Shown piece after piece: positions 10,792-21,596 of a stretch of 61,752 nt of DNA. Position 1 is the first letter of the stretch, and each line of letters begins with the position of its first letter. Both the position numbers and the translations under genes were made by a program. This DNA comes from an uncultured Bacilli bacterium (lineage in GTDB: Bacteria; Bacillota_I; Bacilli_A; RF39; UBA660), in assembly GCA_947632395.1 (NCBI GenBank), contig CANRPA010000004.1, forward strand, positions 1 through 61,752. The letters are read 5' to 3'. A model generated the notes under the pieces. The model made no database searches, had not been told where the DNA came from, and worked only from the letters and a program-made list of their open reading frames with translations.

Positions 10792-12819
10792 TTAACAAGT
10801 TTTTATCTCTAATTTATCTTTATTAATTTTAAACATAATACTTCCATTTTGATCTGTTCTGTATATTTTTGAATTAAATAAATTATCTAATACTTCTTTA
10901 TTTGGATGACCATATCTATTATTTTTTCCTACACTAATTATTGAATATTTAGGATTTATTATATTTATAAATTCCTTACTACTACTTGTCTTAGATCCAT
11001 GATGTCCTACTTTAAGTACATCTATATTTGATAAATTATATTTATTTAATATTTCATTTTCAGTAGTTATAGATGCATCTCCCATAAATAAGAATTTATA
11101 ATTATTAAGTTTTATATAAGTAACACTTGAATTATCATTTTCATTATCATAATTTTTTGTATTTAAAAAATATAATTTATTGTTATCTATATTTAATTTA
11201 TTTATACAACTATAATATTTTATTTTTTTTGTATTTAAAACTTTAATTAATTCATTTTCTAAATCATTGTATAATCCACAATTAAATATTACTTTTTTTA
11301 TTTTAAAATTGTTTACTAAATTAATTGCTTCTCCCATATGATCAAAATCTCCATGACTGAATATCATATAATCAATATCTTTTATACCTTCACTTTTCAA
11401 ATAGTTTATTATATCTTTTGAATAATTTTTTGTTGTAGATCCACCAGTATCTATTAATATATCACCTCTATTATGTGGAAGATGTATTAAAGCACAATCC
11501 CCTTGCCCAACATCTATAAATGTTATATATGCGTAATTTTTTAAATAATTTATATTATTATGTATAAATATAATAATTACTATTAAAAATATATACTTAT
11601 ATTTATTATCCTTTATTTTTAATAAAACAAATATAATTACTATATAATATAAAATTACAATAAATATATTTACTTTGCATAATATTATTTCTATTTTAAA
11701 ATTAGTTATAAATAATGATAATCTTTCTAATATATTAATTAATATTTCATACATAAAATCTAATTTTCTAAATATTAAAACTATTAATGAAAACGGAAAT
11801 ATTATAACTGATATTATTGGTACAAATATTATATTATTTAATACTGTCATTATATTTATACTAAAGTAATTATTAATAAGTATTGGTATACCTGCCATAA
11901 ATGATATAAACGATGTCATAAATATTTTTGATATGTAATTTTTGCACTTATTTATTATTTTACTAAAATATACTAAAAAAAGAGAGACTACATAACTAAA
12001 TTTAAATCCTGTATTATATATGTTATATGGATTTACAAGTAAACTTATACAAAGTATTATTAAAAGTATTTTAAACGTACTAAGTCGCAAATTTAAAAAT
12101 TTATTTAAAGTAATTAATATAAAAAGATATGTAGCTCTTATTACTGATGGAGTAAAATTAGTAAGAAACATATAAAATATTAAAAAAATACTTACAAATA
12201 TATAGTTTATATTAATCTTTTTTATTTTGTTTAATATTAATAATATTATAGTTGATAATAATGTTATATGCATACCTGATACAGAAAATAAATGACTTAT
12301 TCCATTAGTTCTATAAGATTCTAAAACATCACTATTTATATCCGAAGAATTACCTAATATAAATGTTTTTAAATATTCGGATTTTTTTAAATTACTTATT
12401 CTTTCAATTAAGTAATTTTTTATATTATAAAATATATTTTTATTTTTTCTTATTATCTTTATATCATCCGTTTTGATACTATAATAAGTATTTTTACTTA
12501 ACATATATTTTCTATAATTAAAAAGATTAAAAATGTTATTATCACTTAAATAATTTAGTTTACCATTTACTTTTATTTTATCTCCTAATTTAATATCAAT
12601 ATTATTTGTATAAACAATTATATTCTCTTTTGCTTTTATATTTAAAGTTAATTTACTGTCACTTATTTTAATATTAGTTACTGTTCCAACAATATTTGTA
12701 TCTGTTTCTTTATACTTACTTTCTACATTATTTATTTTATATATTATATTTACTATACTTATTAATATTAAAATTACTATAAATATATTAGAGTTTAATA
12801 TATTCTTTAATCTTTGAAT
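10792..12819 (-). CDS. comEC: DNA uptake channel ComEC/Rec2 (true start uncertain; frame open to 12831)
   Basis: GISHLFSVSGMH, DVGQGD, HGDFDH, LKVGHHGSKTSS; in-frame N-terminal extension upstream of the 12504 ATG. Confidence 0.92.
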   Translation of the reverse strand: MQRLKNILNSNIFIVILILISIVNIIYKINNVESKYKETDTNIVGTVTNIKISDSKLTLNIKAKENIIVYTNNIDIKLGDKIKVNGKLNYLSDNNIFNLFNYRKYMLSKNTYYSIKTDDIKIIRKNKNIFYNIKNYLIERISNLKKSEYLKTFILGNSSDINSDVLESYRTNGISHLFSVSGMHITLLSTIILLILNKIKKININYIFVSIFLIFYMFLTNFTPSVIRATYLFILITLNKFLNLRLSTFKILLIILCISLLVNPYNIYNTGFKFSYVVSLFLVYFSKIINKCKNYISKIFMTSFISFMAGIPILINNYFSINIMTVLNNIIFVPIISVIIFPFSLIVLIFRKLDFMYEILINILERLSLFITNFKIEIILCKVNIFIVILYYIVIIFVLLKIKDNKYKYIFLIVIIIFIHNNINYLKNYAYITFIDVGQGDCALIHLPHNRGDILIDTGGSTTKNYSKDIINYLKSEGIKDIDYMIFSHGDFDHMGEAINLVNNFKIKKVIFNCGLYNDLENELIKVLNTKKIKYYSCINKLNIDNNKLYFLNTKNYDNENDNSSVTYIKLNNYKFLFMGDASITTENEILNKYNLSNIDVLKVGHHGSKTSSSKEFINIINPKYSIISVGKNNRYGHPNKEVLDNLFNSKIYRTDQNGSIMFKINKDKLEIKTC

Positions 12820-13477
12820 AAGTACTTTCTCCTATACCTTTAATATTTTTTAGTTCTTCAATACTTTTAAATCCACCATTTATTTCTCTATATTCTATTA
12901 TAAGTTTTGCTTTAGATTCTCCTATTCCTTTTAAAGTCATTAATTCAGAAATTGTTCCTGTATTTAGTGATATTACATTTTCAGTTTTAGATGAACTATT
13001 AGTTTCAGTTGAATCACTACTACTAATATTATTTACAATATTATCTTTATCAATATTAGCACTATTTTCTAATTTTGAATTTTCTTCATCAAGTTGATTT
13101 ATCTCATCATTAGAATATATAATTATAACCATCTCATCAGTTAATTTTCTGCTTAAATTTAAATATTCAGTATTGGCATTTTCAAGTAATCCTCCAGCTG
13201 CATTTATTACATCAAGCACTCTACTTTCACTACTTAATTCATATACTCCAGGATTTTTTATAAATCCTTTTATATCTACTTTTACTTTTTTTTCTTCTTC
13301 ATTGTTACTTTCCAATTTTTTCTCTATATCTATTATATTTTCATATTCAGTATATTCTATTTCATCTTTAGTTTTACTAAAAAAACTTACAATTAATCCT
13401 ATTAAAATAAATAATATTATTAAAACTATTATTATAATTTTTTTATATTTTTCTAATATATACTTTATATTTTCCAT
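12788..13477 (-). CDS. comEA: Competence DNA receptor ComEA
   Basis: N-terminal TM, SLBB domain (VDIKGFIKNPGVY), C-terminal HhH (LKGIGESKA...IKGIGES). Confidence 0.93.
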   Translation of the reverse strand: MENIKYILEKYKKIIIIVLIILFILIGLIVSFFSKTKDEIEYTEYENIIDIEKKLESNNEEEKKVKVDIKGFIKNPGVYELSSESRVLDVINAAGGLLENANTEYLNLSRKLTDEMVIIIYSNDEINQLDEENSKLENSANIDKDNIVNNISSSDSTETNSSSKTENVISLNTGTISELMTLKGIGESKAKLIIEYREINGGFKSIEELKNIKGIGESTYSKIKEYIKL

Positions 13478-13564
13478 ATCATCCTTTCTAGTGATCTTCC
13501 TATATATATTATACCTCGTGAGTATATGTTTTCCTTTTTGAACACAAAAAAAATGATATTTCTA

Positions 13565-14311
13565 TCAATTTTTAATTTTTTCAAGTAATTGTTTTAAAAA
13601 GGTTTTGCTTTTTAAATAAAGTCCTGTATATCTATCATAATAATCATCTATAAAATTATTTACTTCAATTACTATTTTTTTATCTATATCTAACTTTGAT
13701 ATTTTATTTATATCTACATAATAATACATTCTAATTAATCTAATAGTCATTTCATTTACTATTGGTTCTATAGTTCTACACTTTTTACACAAGTAACCTC
13801 CTTTGTCACTTGAAAGTGTTATAACATTTTTCGAACCACATATAATACATCCTTCAATACTTGGCATAACTCCTAAATAATCTAAATATTTAAGTTCTAT
13901 TATATTAGTTATTATAAGTGGATTAAAATTATCATTTATCTTTATTAAAGCACTTATAAGTAAATTATATAAATCATTTTTTTCACATTGTTTATATACT
14001 TGATGTGTTAAATCTAAAAGAAAAGATGCATAACTAATTTTTTCTATATCTTTTTTTATATTAGAAAAATTATTTATTATAGTTGCTTCAGTTAAAATAG
14101 ATAATTTATCTTTTTTATAATATATTGTAAATGTAGCATAAGTTAATTTATCTGTGACACTTCTAAGATTGCTTTTTAAAGATTTACAACCTTTTGCTAG
14201 CACACCAATAATTCCTCTATCTATAGTTAATATATCAAGTATTAAACTTGTATCACTATAACTTTTTGTATTTAATACTATTCCTTCTACATCAATTATC
14301 ATATTCTTCAA
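13565..14311 (-). CDS. recO: DNA repair protein RecO
   Basis: OB-fold N-terminus, CxxC...CxxC; downstream of era. Confidence 0.93.
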   Translation of the reverse strand: MKNMIIDVEGIVLNTKSYSDTSLILDILTIDRGIIGVLAKGCKSLKSNLRSVTDKLTYATFTIYYKKDKLSILTEATIINNFSNIKKDIEKISYASFLLDLTHQVYKQCEKNDLYNLLISALIKINDNFNPLIITNIIELKYLDYLGVMPSIEGCIICGSKNVITLSSDKGGYLCKKCRTIEPIVNEMTIRLIRMYYYVDINKISKLDIDKKIVIEVNNFIDDYYDRYTGLYLKSKTFLKQLLEKIKN

Positions 14312-14522
14312 ACCTATATTTTTGTTTTACATCAGGATACTTAATATTATCTACTAGTGAATTAAACATATCTATCGGTCTAGCCCATACCTCACCTGTA
14401 TCTAGGTGTTTATATATAACTAATAAATCTAGAGTTTCTGAATGTTTAGCAATTGTTATAACTTCTACTATATTTCCTTTAAAATGTTTATATTTCTTAC
14501 CTATTTTAATTTCTCTTTCCAT
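14292..14522 (-). CDS. DUF1653-family protein
   Basis: YKHFKG...AKHSET...WARPIDMF...RFE. Confidence 0.85.
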   Translation of the reverse strand: MEREIKIGKKYKHFKGNIVEVITIAKHSETLDLLVIYKHLDTGEVWARPIDMFNSLVDNIKYPDVKQKYRFEEYDN

Positions 14523-14648
14523 CTTTTTTTACTTCCTCTTTATACTTAATATAATACTCTATCTTACCTGTATTTTTAAATAAATCCCACAATAAATCTT
14601 TCATAATATCACCATTTCATAATGTATTATATTCTTATTATTTATTCA

Positions 14649-15536
14649 TTATTCCTTAAAATCATTAAATCCAAATTCTGACAAATATTTTTCTTTTTCT
14701 CTCCATTTTTTTACTGTTTTAACAAATAATTCTAAATAGACTTTCTTGTTTAACAAATTTTCTAAATCAATACGAGAAGATACACCTATTTTTTTTATCA
14801 TTTCTCCCTGTTTACCAATTATTATCTTTTTTAGTGAATCTCTATCTACTATTATTGAAACTCTAATAGTATAACTTGTTTTTCCTACTTCTACACTATC
14901 CGTTACACACGTAATTGAATGAGGTACCTCCTCTTCTGTAAAGTTAAAAATTTTTTCCCTTACTATTTCTGCCATTAAAAAATCCATTGATTTATTAGTA
15001 ATATTTTCATCACTATAATATTTTATATTGTCTGGCAAATATTTCTTTAATGTTTCTATTAAATCTTTTATATTATTTTTAGTAAGTGCGGAAAGTGGTA
15101 TTATTTCATCAAAATCATATAAATCTTTATAGTCATTTATCCTATTCAATATTTCTTCATGTGTTATTTTATCTATTTTATTTATGACAAGGATTACTGG
15201 TTTATCTATTTGCTTTAATCTATCCAATATATAAATATCACCTTTACCAATTCCTTCATATGCATCTACAACAAATAATATTATATCTGTATCATCTATA
15301 CTATAATAAGCTTCTTTGTTTAATGTCTTACCTAATTTGTTTACTGGTTTATGAATACCTGGAGTATCTACAAATACTATTTGAACCTTATCTTCATTAT
15401 ATATTCCTTGTATTATATTACGTGTTGTTTGAGGCTTATTTGAAGTAATTGCAACTTTTTTACCTATTATATTATTTATTAATGTGCTTTTACCTACATT
15501 TGGCCTTCCTATCATTCCAACAAAACCACTTTTCAT
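14649..15536 (-). CDS. era: GTPase Era
   Basis: GRPNVGKST, DTPG, NKID, C-terminal KH domain. Confidence 0.98.
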   Translation of the reverse strand: MKSGFVGMIGRPNVGKSTLINNIIGKKVAITSNKPQTTRNIIQGIYNEDKVQIVFVDTPGIHKPVNKLGKTLNKEAYYSIDDTDIILFVVDAYEGIGKGDIYILDRLKQIDKPVILVINKIDKITHEEILNRINDYKDLYDFDEIIPLSALTKNNIKDLIETLKKYLPDNIKYYSDENITNKSMDFLMAEIVREKIFNFTEEEVPHSITCVTDSVEVGKTSYTIRVSIIVDRDSLKKIIIGKQGEMIKKIGVSSRIDLENLLNKKVYLELFVKTVKKWREKEKYLSEFGFNDFKE

Positions 15537-15552
15537 CTTATCACCTACTTTT

Positions 15553-15966
15553 TTAAAACAATGCTACAACTTTAGGATAAAATATTATTATATTTAAAAT
15601 TACGGCTACTATAAATATTGCAAATGTTGCCGCACACGCACAATCCTTTGCTTTTTTTACATATATATTGTAATCCTTAGTTATTAAATCACAAACACTT
15701 TCTATTGCTGTATTTATAAGTTCTATTGATAATATAAATGCTAGTATACATAATATAAGTATCCACTCTTTACCATCTATGTTATATACAAAACCCAATA
15801 TTACTTCTATAAGAAAACATGCAACATATATTATTATACTTTTACCATCTTTAGCATAAAATCTCAATCCACTTAAAGCATTTTTTATTATTTGAAATAT
15901 TGAGTTTGGACTTATATTAATTTTTTTTAAATCCTTATTTATTTTCTCTTTTGATACCATACTCAT
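15553..15966 (-). CDS. dgkA: DgkA-family (undecaprenol/diacylglycerol) kinase
   Basis: ELINTAIESVCD...KAKDCA; ybeY-dgkA-era synteny. Confidence 0.88.
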   Translation of the reverse strand: MSMVSKEKINKDLKKINISPNSIFQIIKNALSGLRFYAKDGKSIIIYVACFLIEVILGFVYNIDGKEWILILCILAFILSIELINTAIESVCDLITKDYNIYVKKAKDCACAATFAIFIVAVILNIIIFYPKVVALF

Positions 15967-16390
15967 CTAAAATCCTTTCTTGAAGTTCAAACATTACTTT
16001 TTCATCTTCTTCTTTCATATGATCATACCCAAGTAAATGTAAAAGTCCATGAATGGTTAAAAATGAAAGTTCCCTTAAAAGACTATGACCATATTCATTA
16101 GCTTGATCTTTAGCTCTTTTTAAACATATATATATATCTCCTAGCACTCTAAAATCAGTTTTTATAAATGTATCATCATCTTCTAAAGCAAAACTAATTA
16201 CATCAGTAACACTATCTTTATTTCTATAGTTCTTATTGAGTTCTCTTATCTTTTTTTCATCAACTATTATTATATTAAAAACAGAACATGTAATATTTTG
16301 ATATTTTAAAGCAAATTCAACTACTTTTTTTATCTCATCTAATTCTTTTATTTCATCATGTGTTTCATTAAATATTTCAAAATTATTCAT
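15935..16390 (-). CDS. ybeY: rRNA maturation endoribonuclease YbeY
   Basis: TDVISF, HGLLHLLGYDH; RBS favours the ATG at 16390. Confidence 0.95.
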   Translation of the reverse strand: MNNFEIFNETHDEIKELDEIKKVVEFALKYQNITCSVFNIIIVDEKKIRELNKNYRNKDSVTDVISFALEDDDTFIKTDFRVLGDIYICLKRAKDQANEYGHSLLRELSFLTIHGLLHLLGYDHMKEEDEKVMFELQERILDEYGIKRENK

Positions 16391-16500
16391 GTAATTCACC
16401 ATAATAATTATATTATAAATATACATTTTTTTCAATTAAAATAATTAAATTCAGTAATTTTTTAATACAAAATAAAATTGCAAAAATTATTGTTTTGCAA

Positions 16501-17700
16501 TTAATTAACATTTTTATCTAATATTTCTTCTGTATACTTTTCAATTGTTTGATATTCTGTTATATTTTCAATAACTGTAAAGAAAATATTGAGTGTTAAA
16601 GTATCAGTATTTTTTGTTTTATTCAATATTTTATAATCTTTTACATATTCATCACTATCTAAAGTATTTTGTAATTTATCTTTAGAATAATCAATCATAA
16701 CATCTATTAACTCTTCTTCAGTATAATTTTTATCTATTACTACACTTTCTCTTTGAAATTCATTTATAAGTTTTATTGGAAGAATATTATTTTTTACTAT
16801 TACTTTATCATCTATCTTTTTATTTTTAAATTTATTAAAATTAAAAAGTTCTATCCTTTTATTTAAAAACTCTATTACTAATAATCTTTTAGTTTTCGAT
16901 GTGGTATATTCTTCATGATAGTTATATGGATATGTTATTTCAACATTATACCAAGTTTCCCCATAAACCTTACCTGTACTTGAAACAGTATCTTTAATAC
17001 TTTCATTTAAATATATATATCCACTTACAATTATATCTCCTTTTTTTACATATGAATTTATATTTTTTACAATTTGTCCTTTTGAAATATCAAAATTTCT
17101 TATAACCGCATCTTTACTAGCAATTATATGTCTAAATTCTTGACTTTTAGTTTCCTCATCAATTATTCTAGGTTCATATCTTACTATGTATTTTGTCCCA
17201 CTACTTTCTATTTCTATCCATTCTAATGAATCTTTATGTCTATTTAAAATTTGTTTTTTTATTTCTTCTATTTTTTCATAACTTTTTTTAAATTTATATT
17301 TATCTATCCCAAATTCTTTTAAATCATTTAATAAAGTTTGAGACATTTTCGAATCGTTTGTCATTATAGTTATGTTAAAAATCATATTAGTTAATACATA
17401 TAAAACTATTAATGATAAAAATATTAAGGTTATAATATATTTATTATCTAATATATTGTTTTTTACTTTAACTATGCCATAATAATTTAATATATTTATC
17501 TCATATATTGTATTTAAAGATATTACCTTATCATAATCTTTTTTATAAATTTTTATATTTATTTCATCATTACTTATATTATAAATATTTAATATTTCAA
17601 TATTATTATTTTTAAGTCTTTTTATAAATCTTTCTATTACTTTACCTTTTACATTTAAATTCAATTTACTTCTAAAAAAATATATTATACTATTTTTCAT
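16501..17700 (-). CDS. yqfD: Sporulation protein YqfD (SpoIV family)
   Basis: IEWIE-like motif, VKKGDIIVSG, GKVYGETWY; yqfC-yqfD-ybeY synteny. Confidence 0.85.
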   Translation of the reverse strand: MKNSIIYFFRSKLNLNVKGKVIERFIKRLKNNNIEILNIYNISNDEINIKIYKKDYDKVISLNTIYEINILNYYGIVKVKNNILDNKYIITLIFLSLIVLYVLTNMIFNITIMTNDSKMSQTLLNDLKEFGIDKYKFKKSYEKIEEIKKQILNRHKDSLEWIEIESSGTKYIVRYEPRIIDEETKSQEFRHIIASKDAVIRNFDISKGQIVKNINSYVKKGDIIVSGYIYLNESIKDTVSSTGKVYGETWYNVEITYPYNYHEEYTTSKTKRLLVIEFLNKRIELFNFNKFKNKKIDDKVIVKNNILPIKLINEFQRESVVIDKNYTEEELIDVMIDYSKDKLQNTLDSDEYVKDYKILNKTKNTDTLTLNIFFTVIENITEYQTIEKYTEEILDKNVN

Positions 17701-17703
17701 ATA

Positions 17704-17946
17704 TCACCTAAATTCTAGTGTTTTAAATTTACCTGTTATTAGTATTTCATCTTTTAAAAGTTTTGATATAGCAAGTTCACTTCCTTTTATTATTACCTCA
17801 CTATTTGTTAATTTTACAATTATTTTTTCACTATCAAAATGACCTATATCATTATAATTAACGATATCAATCTTGTTTTTTACTATTGTTAATTTAGTAT
17901 CATCTTCATTTATATATGATTTAATACCGCTAATTATACTCATCAA
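17704..17946 (-). CDS. yqfC: YabP/YqfC-family sporulation protein
   Basis: IKGSELAISKLLKDEILITG; directly upstream of yqfD. Confidence 0.8.
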   Translation of the reverse strand: MMSIISGIKSYINEDDTKLTIVKNKIDIVNYNDIGHFDSEKIIVKLTNSEVIIKGSELAISKLLKDEILITGKFKTLEFR

Positions 17947-17995
17947 ATCACCTATATAATTTTATTACATAAAAAAAATAATAATACCATGTTTA

Positions 17996-18580
17996 TTATT
18001 TTTTTAATTTTTTCAATTTCAATACTTTTTTTATATAACATTCACCACAAAGTGGTTCATATATTGCATCTATTCCATCGATTGCTACCTCATCGCCTTC
18101 ATATACATATTCTCCATTTACAATTCTAGCATTAAATTTAGCTTTTTTACCACATGAACAAATCGTTGTTAGTTCTTCTATCTCATCTGCAAGTTCAATT
18201 ACAGGTTTTGAACCTGTAAATAATTCACCTTTAAATGTAGTTTTAAGACCATAGCATATTACTGGAATATCATACAATTTAGATATTATCCAAAGTTCTT
18301 TTACTTGTGGTGGAGTCATAAATTGTACCTCATCTACAAGTATACATTTCAAATTTTTAAAATTTATTTTATTTATTACTTTTTCACCCGGTTTTAAAAG
18401 TATATCTACTTTTCTTTGTATACCAAGTCTAGATACTACTTTGTCATCTCCTTTTAAATCTAATTTAGATTTTATTATTATTACATTTAATCCTTTTTCT
18501 TCATAATTATGAGCAACCTGTAAAAGAGAAGTCGTTTTACCACAATTCATTGCTCCATATCTAAAATACATCTTTGCCAT
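17996..18580 (-). CDS. tdk: Thymidine kinase
   Basis: GAMNCGKTT, ILVDEVQF, Zn-binding Cys pairs. Confidence 0.96.
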   Translation of the reverse strand: MAKMYFRYGAMNCGKTTSLLQVAHNYEEKGLNVIIIKSKLDLKGDDKVVSRLGIQRKVDILLKPGEKVINKINFKNLKCILVDEVQFMTPPQVKELWIISKLYDIPVICYGLKTTFKGELFTGSKPVIELADEIEELTTICSCGKKAKFNARIVNGEYVYEGDEVAIDGIDAIYEPLCGECYIKKVLKLKKLKK

Positions 18581-18583
18581 ATT

Positions 18584-19477
18584 TTACCTCCTCTTAGCTC
18601 TTGGATGAGTATTTAAATATACATTTCTAATTTTTTCATTTGTTAAATGAGTATAAATTTGTGTTGTTGAAAGATTAGAATGTCCTAGTAATTCCTGAAC
18701 ACTTCTAAGATCTGCACCACCATCTAACATATGTGTTGCATATGTATGTCTAAGTACATGGGGTGATATTTTCATATTTATACCAGCAATACTGGCTGCC
18801 AAATCTATAATTTTTCTAATTTCTCTATCGTTTATTTTTTTCCCTGTTTTACTTAATAATAAATAATCTATATTATCTTTATTTAAAACAGGATAACTCT
18901 TTTTTAAATACAAATTTATAAGTTCAAAACATTTGCTTCCAAAATATACTATTCTTTGTTTATTACCTTTTCCTGTTATCTTAATACTTTTTGTATCTAT
19001 TGATATATCATTAATCTTCACATTAGTAAGTTCACTTACTCTAATACCTGTTGAATAAAGCATTTCAAGTATTAATGAATTCCTAAGTCCAATTATGTTA
19101 TTATTATCAAATGAATTAAGTAATTTTTCTGTATCTTCGTAATTTAGATATTTTGGTAATTTTTTATCTAATTTAGGATTGGATATTAAAATAGTAGGAT
19201 TTTCATTTATTATATTTTTTACTTTTAAATATTTAAAAAAACTACGAAGTGTACTAATATGTCTAGATATTGTTTTATTATTATATTTTAAATCATATAA
19301 ATAATTTATATAAAGTCTTATATCTTGGTATTCAACATCATTATACTTTTTTATATTATTTTCATTTAAATATTCCAAAAATAAATATAAATCCTTTTGA
19401 TAATTTTTGATTGTATATTTTGAATAATTCTTTTCAACTTTTAATTCTTCTATAAATTTAATTATCTCTTCACTCAT
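18584..19477 (-). CDS. xerC: Chromosomal tyrosine recombinase, XerC/XerD type
   Basis: LYSTGIRVSEL, HVLRHTYATH, LLGHSNLSTTQIY. Confidence 0.88.
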   Translation of the reverse strand: MSEEIIKFIEELKVEKNYSKYTIKNYQKDLYLFLEYLNENNIKKYNDVEYQDIRLYINYLYDLKYNNKTISRHISTLRSFFKYLKVKNIINENPTILISNPKLDKKLPKYLNYEDTEKLLNSFDNNNIIGLRNSLILEMLYSTGIRVSELTNVKINDISIDTKSIKITGKGNKQRIVYFGSKCFELINLYLKKSYPVLNKDNIDYLLLSKTGKKINDREIRKIIDLAASIAGINMKISPHVLRHTYATHMLDGGADLRSVQELLGHSNLSTTQIYTHLTNEKIRNVYLNTHPRAKRR

Positions 19478-19520
19478 ATTAACTACCCTACTAATTATAG
19501 CACAAAAAAAGAATAGTTGT

Positions 19521-20672
19521 CTATTCTCTTACGCCATTTACACTTTGATTGAATGAATCTACTAATTCATTAAATTTAAGTATATTATTAGCTAAATCAT
19601 TTTTATCTGCCTCATATTGAATTCTATCAAGACTAAGTTGATTCTTTTCTTCATCAAGTAAATCTTTTTGTCTTCTCAATTCTTCTTCTATTTTATTTAA
19701 TTCTTCTCTTCTATCATCATATGCTTTTTGAACATCTTTTTGAACAGAAACAATTTTATCTTGTTCAGTCTTTTTATATTGTTCAAAATTATCTTTATCT
19801 CTTTCTAAAGTTGCTTGCAAATCCTTAAGTGTATTAAGTCTTTTTTCAATCTCAATTTTTTTTGCATTTAACTTATTAAATACTTCTTTTTTATATTTAT
19901 TTATTTCTTCAATTTGTGATTGTTTACTAGAATCAAGTTCAGATTGTAATTTTCTTAATTCTTCAAATCTAGTATCAATTTTTTGTTTCATCTCAGAATT
20001 TCTTTTAAATATATCTGAAGCATCTTTTACATTAACACTAACCTTATCAAATAATTCAGTTATATTGGTAATTTCTAGTTTTTCTGGTTTATTTATTGTC
20101 AAATCATTAAGTTCATCAATTGGAGTTTCTGATATTTTTATATTAGAATCTTCTCCATCGTTATCTTGAGATTCATCTTCATTTGACCCATCTAACTTCT
20201 CATCATTTAATTCTTGAATAGTTGATTGATTATCAGTTGTTTCAAAGGCTAAGTTATCATTGTTTGATTCTTCAATAATTGGTTGATTCTCAGTTGTTTC
20301 AAAGGCTAAATTATCATTATTTGATTCTTCAACAATTGGTTGATTATTGATTGTTTCATAATCTAATCCATAATTGTTTGATTCTTCAATAGTTGGTTGT
20401 TCCTCATCATCCAATGTAACACTTGAAAAGTCATCAAACACACGACCACCATCATCATCATTATCATCATCAGTATCATCAAAAGCAATAGTTCCATCAT
20501 ATGAAACATTATTATTTTGAACATTTTTTACACTATTTTCAAAAATATCTTCATTATCATAATCACTTTGGCCTAGCCCACTTATAGTGTTATAATCAAA
20601 ATTCTTTGAATCATTTTGTAGTTCATTACTTTCAGATTCAAAATTAAATATATCATTATTATAATTTTCCAT
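19521..20672 (-). CDS. Hypothetical acidic, disordered plus coiled-coil protein
   Basis: D/E/N-rich N-terminal half, heptad-like C-terminal half, no TM. Confidence 0.8.
   Translation of the reverse strand: MENYNNDIFNFESESNELQNDSKNFDYNTISGLGQSDYDNEDIFENSVKNVQNNNVSYDGTIAFDDTDDDNDDDGGRVFDDFSSVTLDDEEQPTIEESNNYGLDYETINNQPIVEESNNDNLAFETTENQPIIEESNNDNLAFETTDNQSTIQELNDEKLDGSNEDESQDNDGEDSNIKISETPIDELNDLTINKPEKLEITNITELFDKVSVNVKDASDIFKRNSEMKQKIDTRFEELRKLQSELDSSKQSQIEEINKYKKEVFNKLNAKKIEIEKRLNTLKDLQATLERDKDNFEQYKKTEQDKIVSVQKDVQKAYDDRREELNKIEEELRRQKDLLDEEKNQLSLDRIQYEADKNDLANNILKFNELVDSFNQSVNGVRE
20224..20400. repeat. 57-bp (19-aa) intragenic tandem repeat, ~3 copies
   Basis: Peptide unit QP(I/T)(I/V)EESNNDNLAFETT; ggttg recurs at 20281, 20338 and 20395. 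Confidence 0.88.
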
Positions 20673-20684
20673 TATTCCACCTCT

Positions 20685-21317
20685 TTATTCTCCATTATCC
20701 TCAATTATTGGTCTAAAATTAGAATTAAATTGACTAATCATATTTCTAAATTTAGCACATTTCTGTTCAAGATTTGCATTTTCTAATTCTAATTTCTTAG
20801 TTGTTATTTCTTTATATTGTTCAAATTCCTTTTTGTCTGATTCAAAAATTTCCTCTAAATGATGAATGCGTTCAATTTCAATATTCTTATATTGCTCAAA
20901 TTGTTTTTTATCTTCTTCAAATTTATTCTTTTGCATTTCAAATTCTTTTTTATTTAATTCAAATTCAGCTAGAGTATTATTCATATTTGTTTTAAATTCT
21001 TCCTCTGCTTTCATTAAATTATCTTTTTGTTTATTTACGAATATATCAAATTTATTTTGTTTTTGTTTAAATTCTTCTTGTTGAATTTTAATATAATTAT
21101 CAAACTCAGTTTTAGCTCTTGAAAGTTTTAGCTTTTCTTCAGTTAATTCAAGTTCTGATTTATTATTTTCTTGTTTTTGATTTTGGACATTATTTATATA
21201 ACTATTAAAGTTTGCAATATCGTTTGTTAAGTTTTGGAACATATCATCTAAGTCAACATTATTATTTTTGAAATTGAAGTCATTCCCTAAAATAACATCA
21301 TTATTCATACTATTCAC
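20685..21317 (-). CDS. Hypothetical coiled-coil protein
   Basis: E/K/Q-rich helical sequence with repeated FEQYK-like motifs. Confidence 0.8.
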   Translation of the reverse strand: MNSMNNDVILGNDFNFKNNNVDLDDMFQNLTNDIANFNSYINNVQNQKQENNKSELELTEEKLKLSRAKTEFDNYIKIQQEEFKQKQNKFDIFVNKQKDNLMKAEEEFKTNMNNTLAEFELNKKEFEMQKNKFEEDKKQFEQYKNIEIERIHHLEEIFESDKKEFEQYKEITTKKLELENANLEQKCAKFRNMISQFNSNFRPIIEDNGE

Positions 21318-21596
21318 CCTTTTATTCTTCCTCGTTCTTTTATACGTTGATAGCTTACTATCGTTAACATATAAATTGTATCATTTTTTAACAAAAAAAA
21401 CAATACTTACAAGTAATGTTTTTTTTGTTTATTAATTTTTATCCTAAATCTATATTAAAAATATTCACATTTTCATATTTATTTTCAATCTATTTTTAGT
21501 ATTTTTAATAATTTTATTTTATTTAAAATAATTATAATATTAAAATTCACATTTCATTATTTTTGTATTTTTTTAATATTTATTATAAGTTATATA

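Noticed and set aside
13478-13564. Alternative-sigma competence promoter upstream of comEA
   Set aside because: Only partial matches in very AT-rich DNA, and an ordinary TATAAT is present.
18584-19477. Tyrosine recombinase as a phage or island integrase, or a shufflon invertase
   Set aside because: Length, motifs and housekeeping context fit chromosomal XerC/D, and I saw no flanking att or sfx repeats.
8409-20400. Tandem repeats as CRISPR arrays
   Set aside because: Both are in-frame coding repeats without unique spacers, and there are no cas genes.
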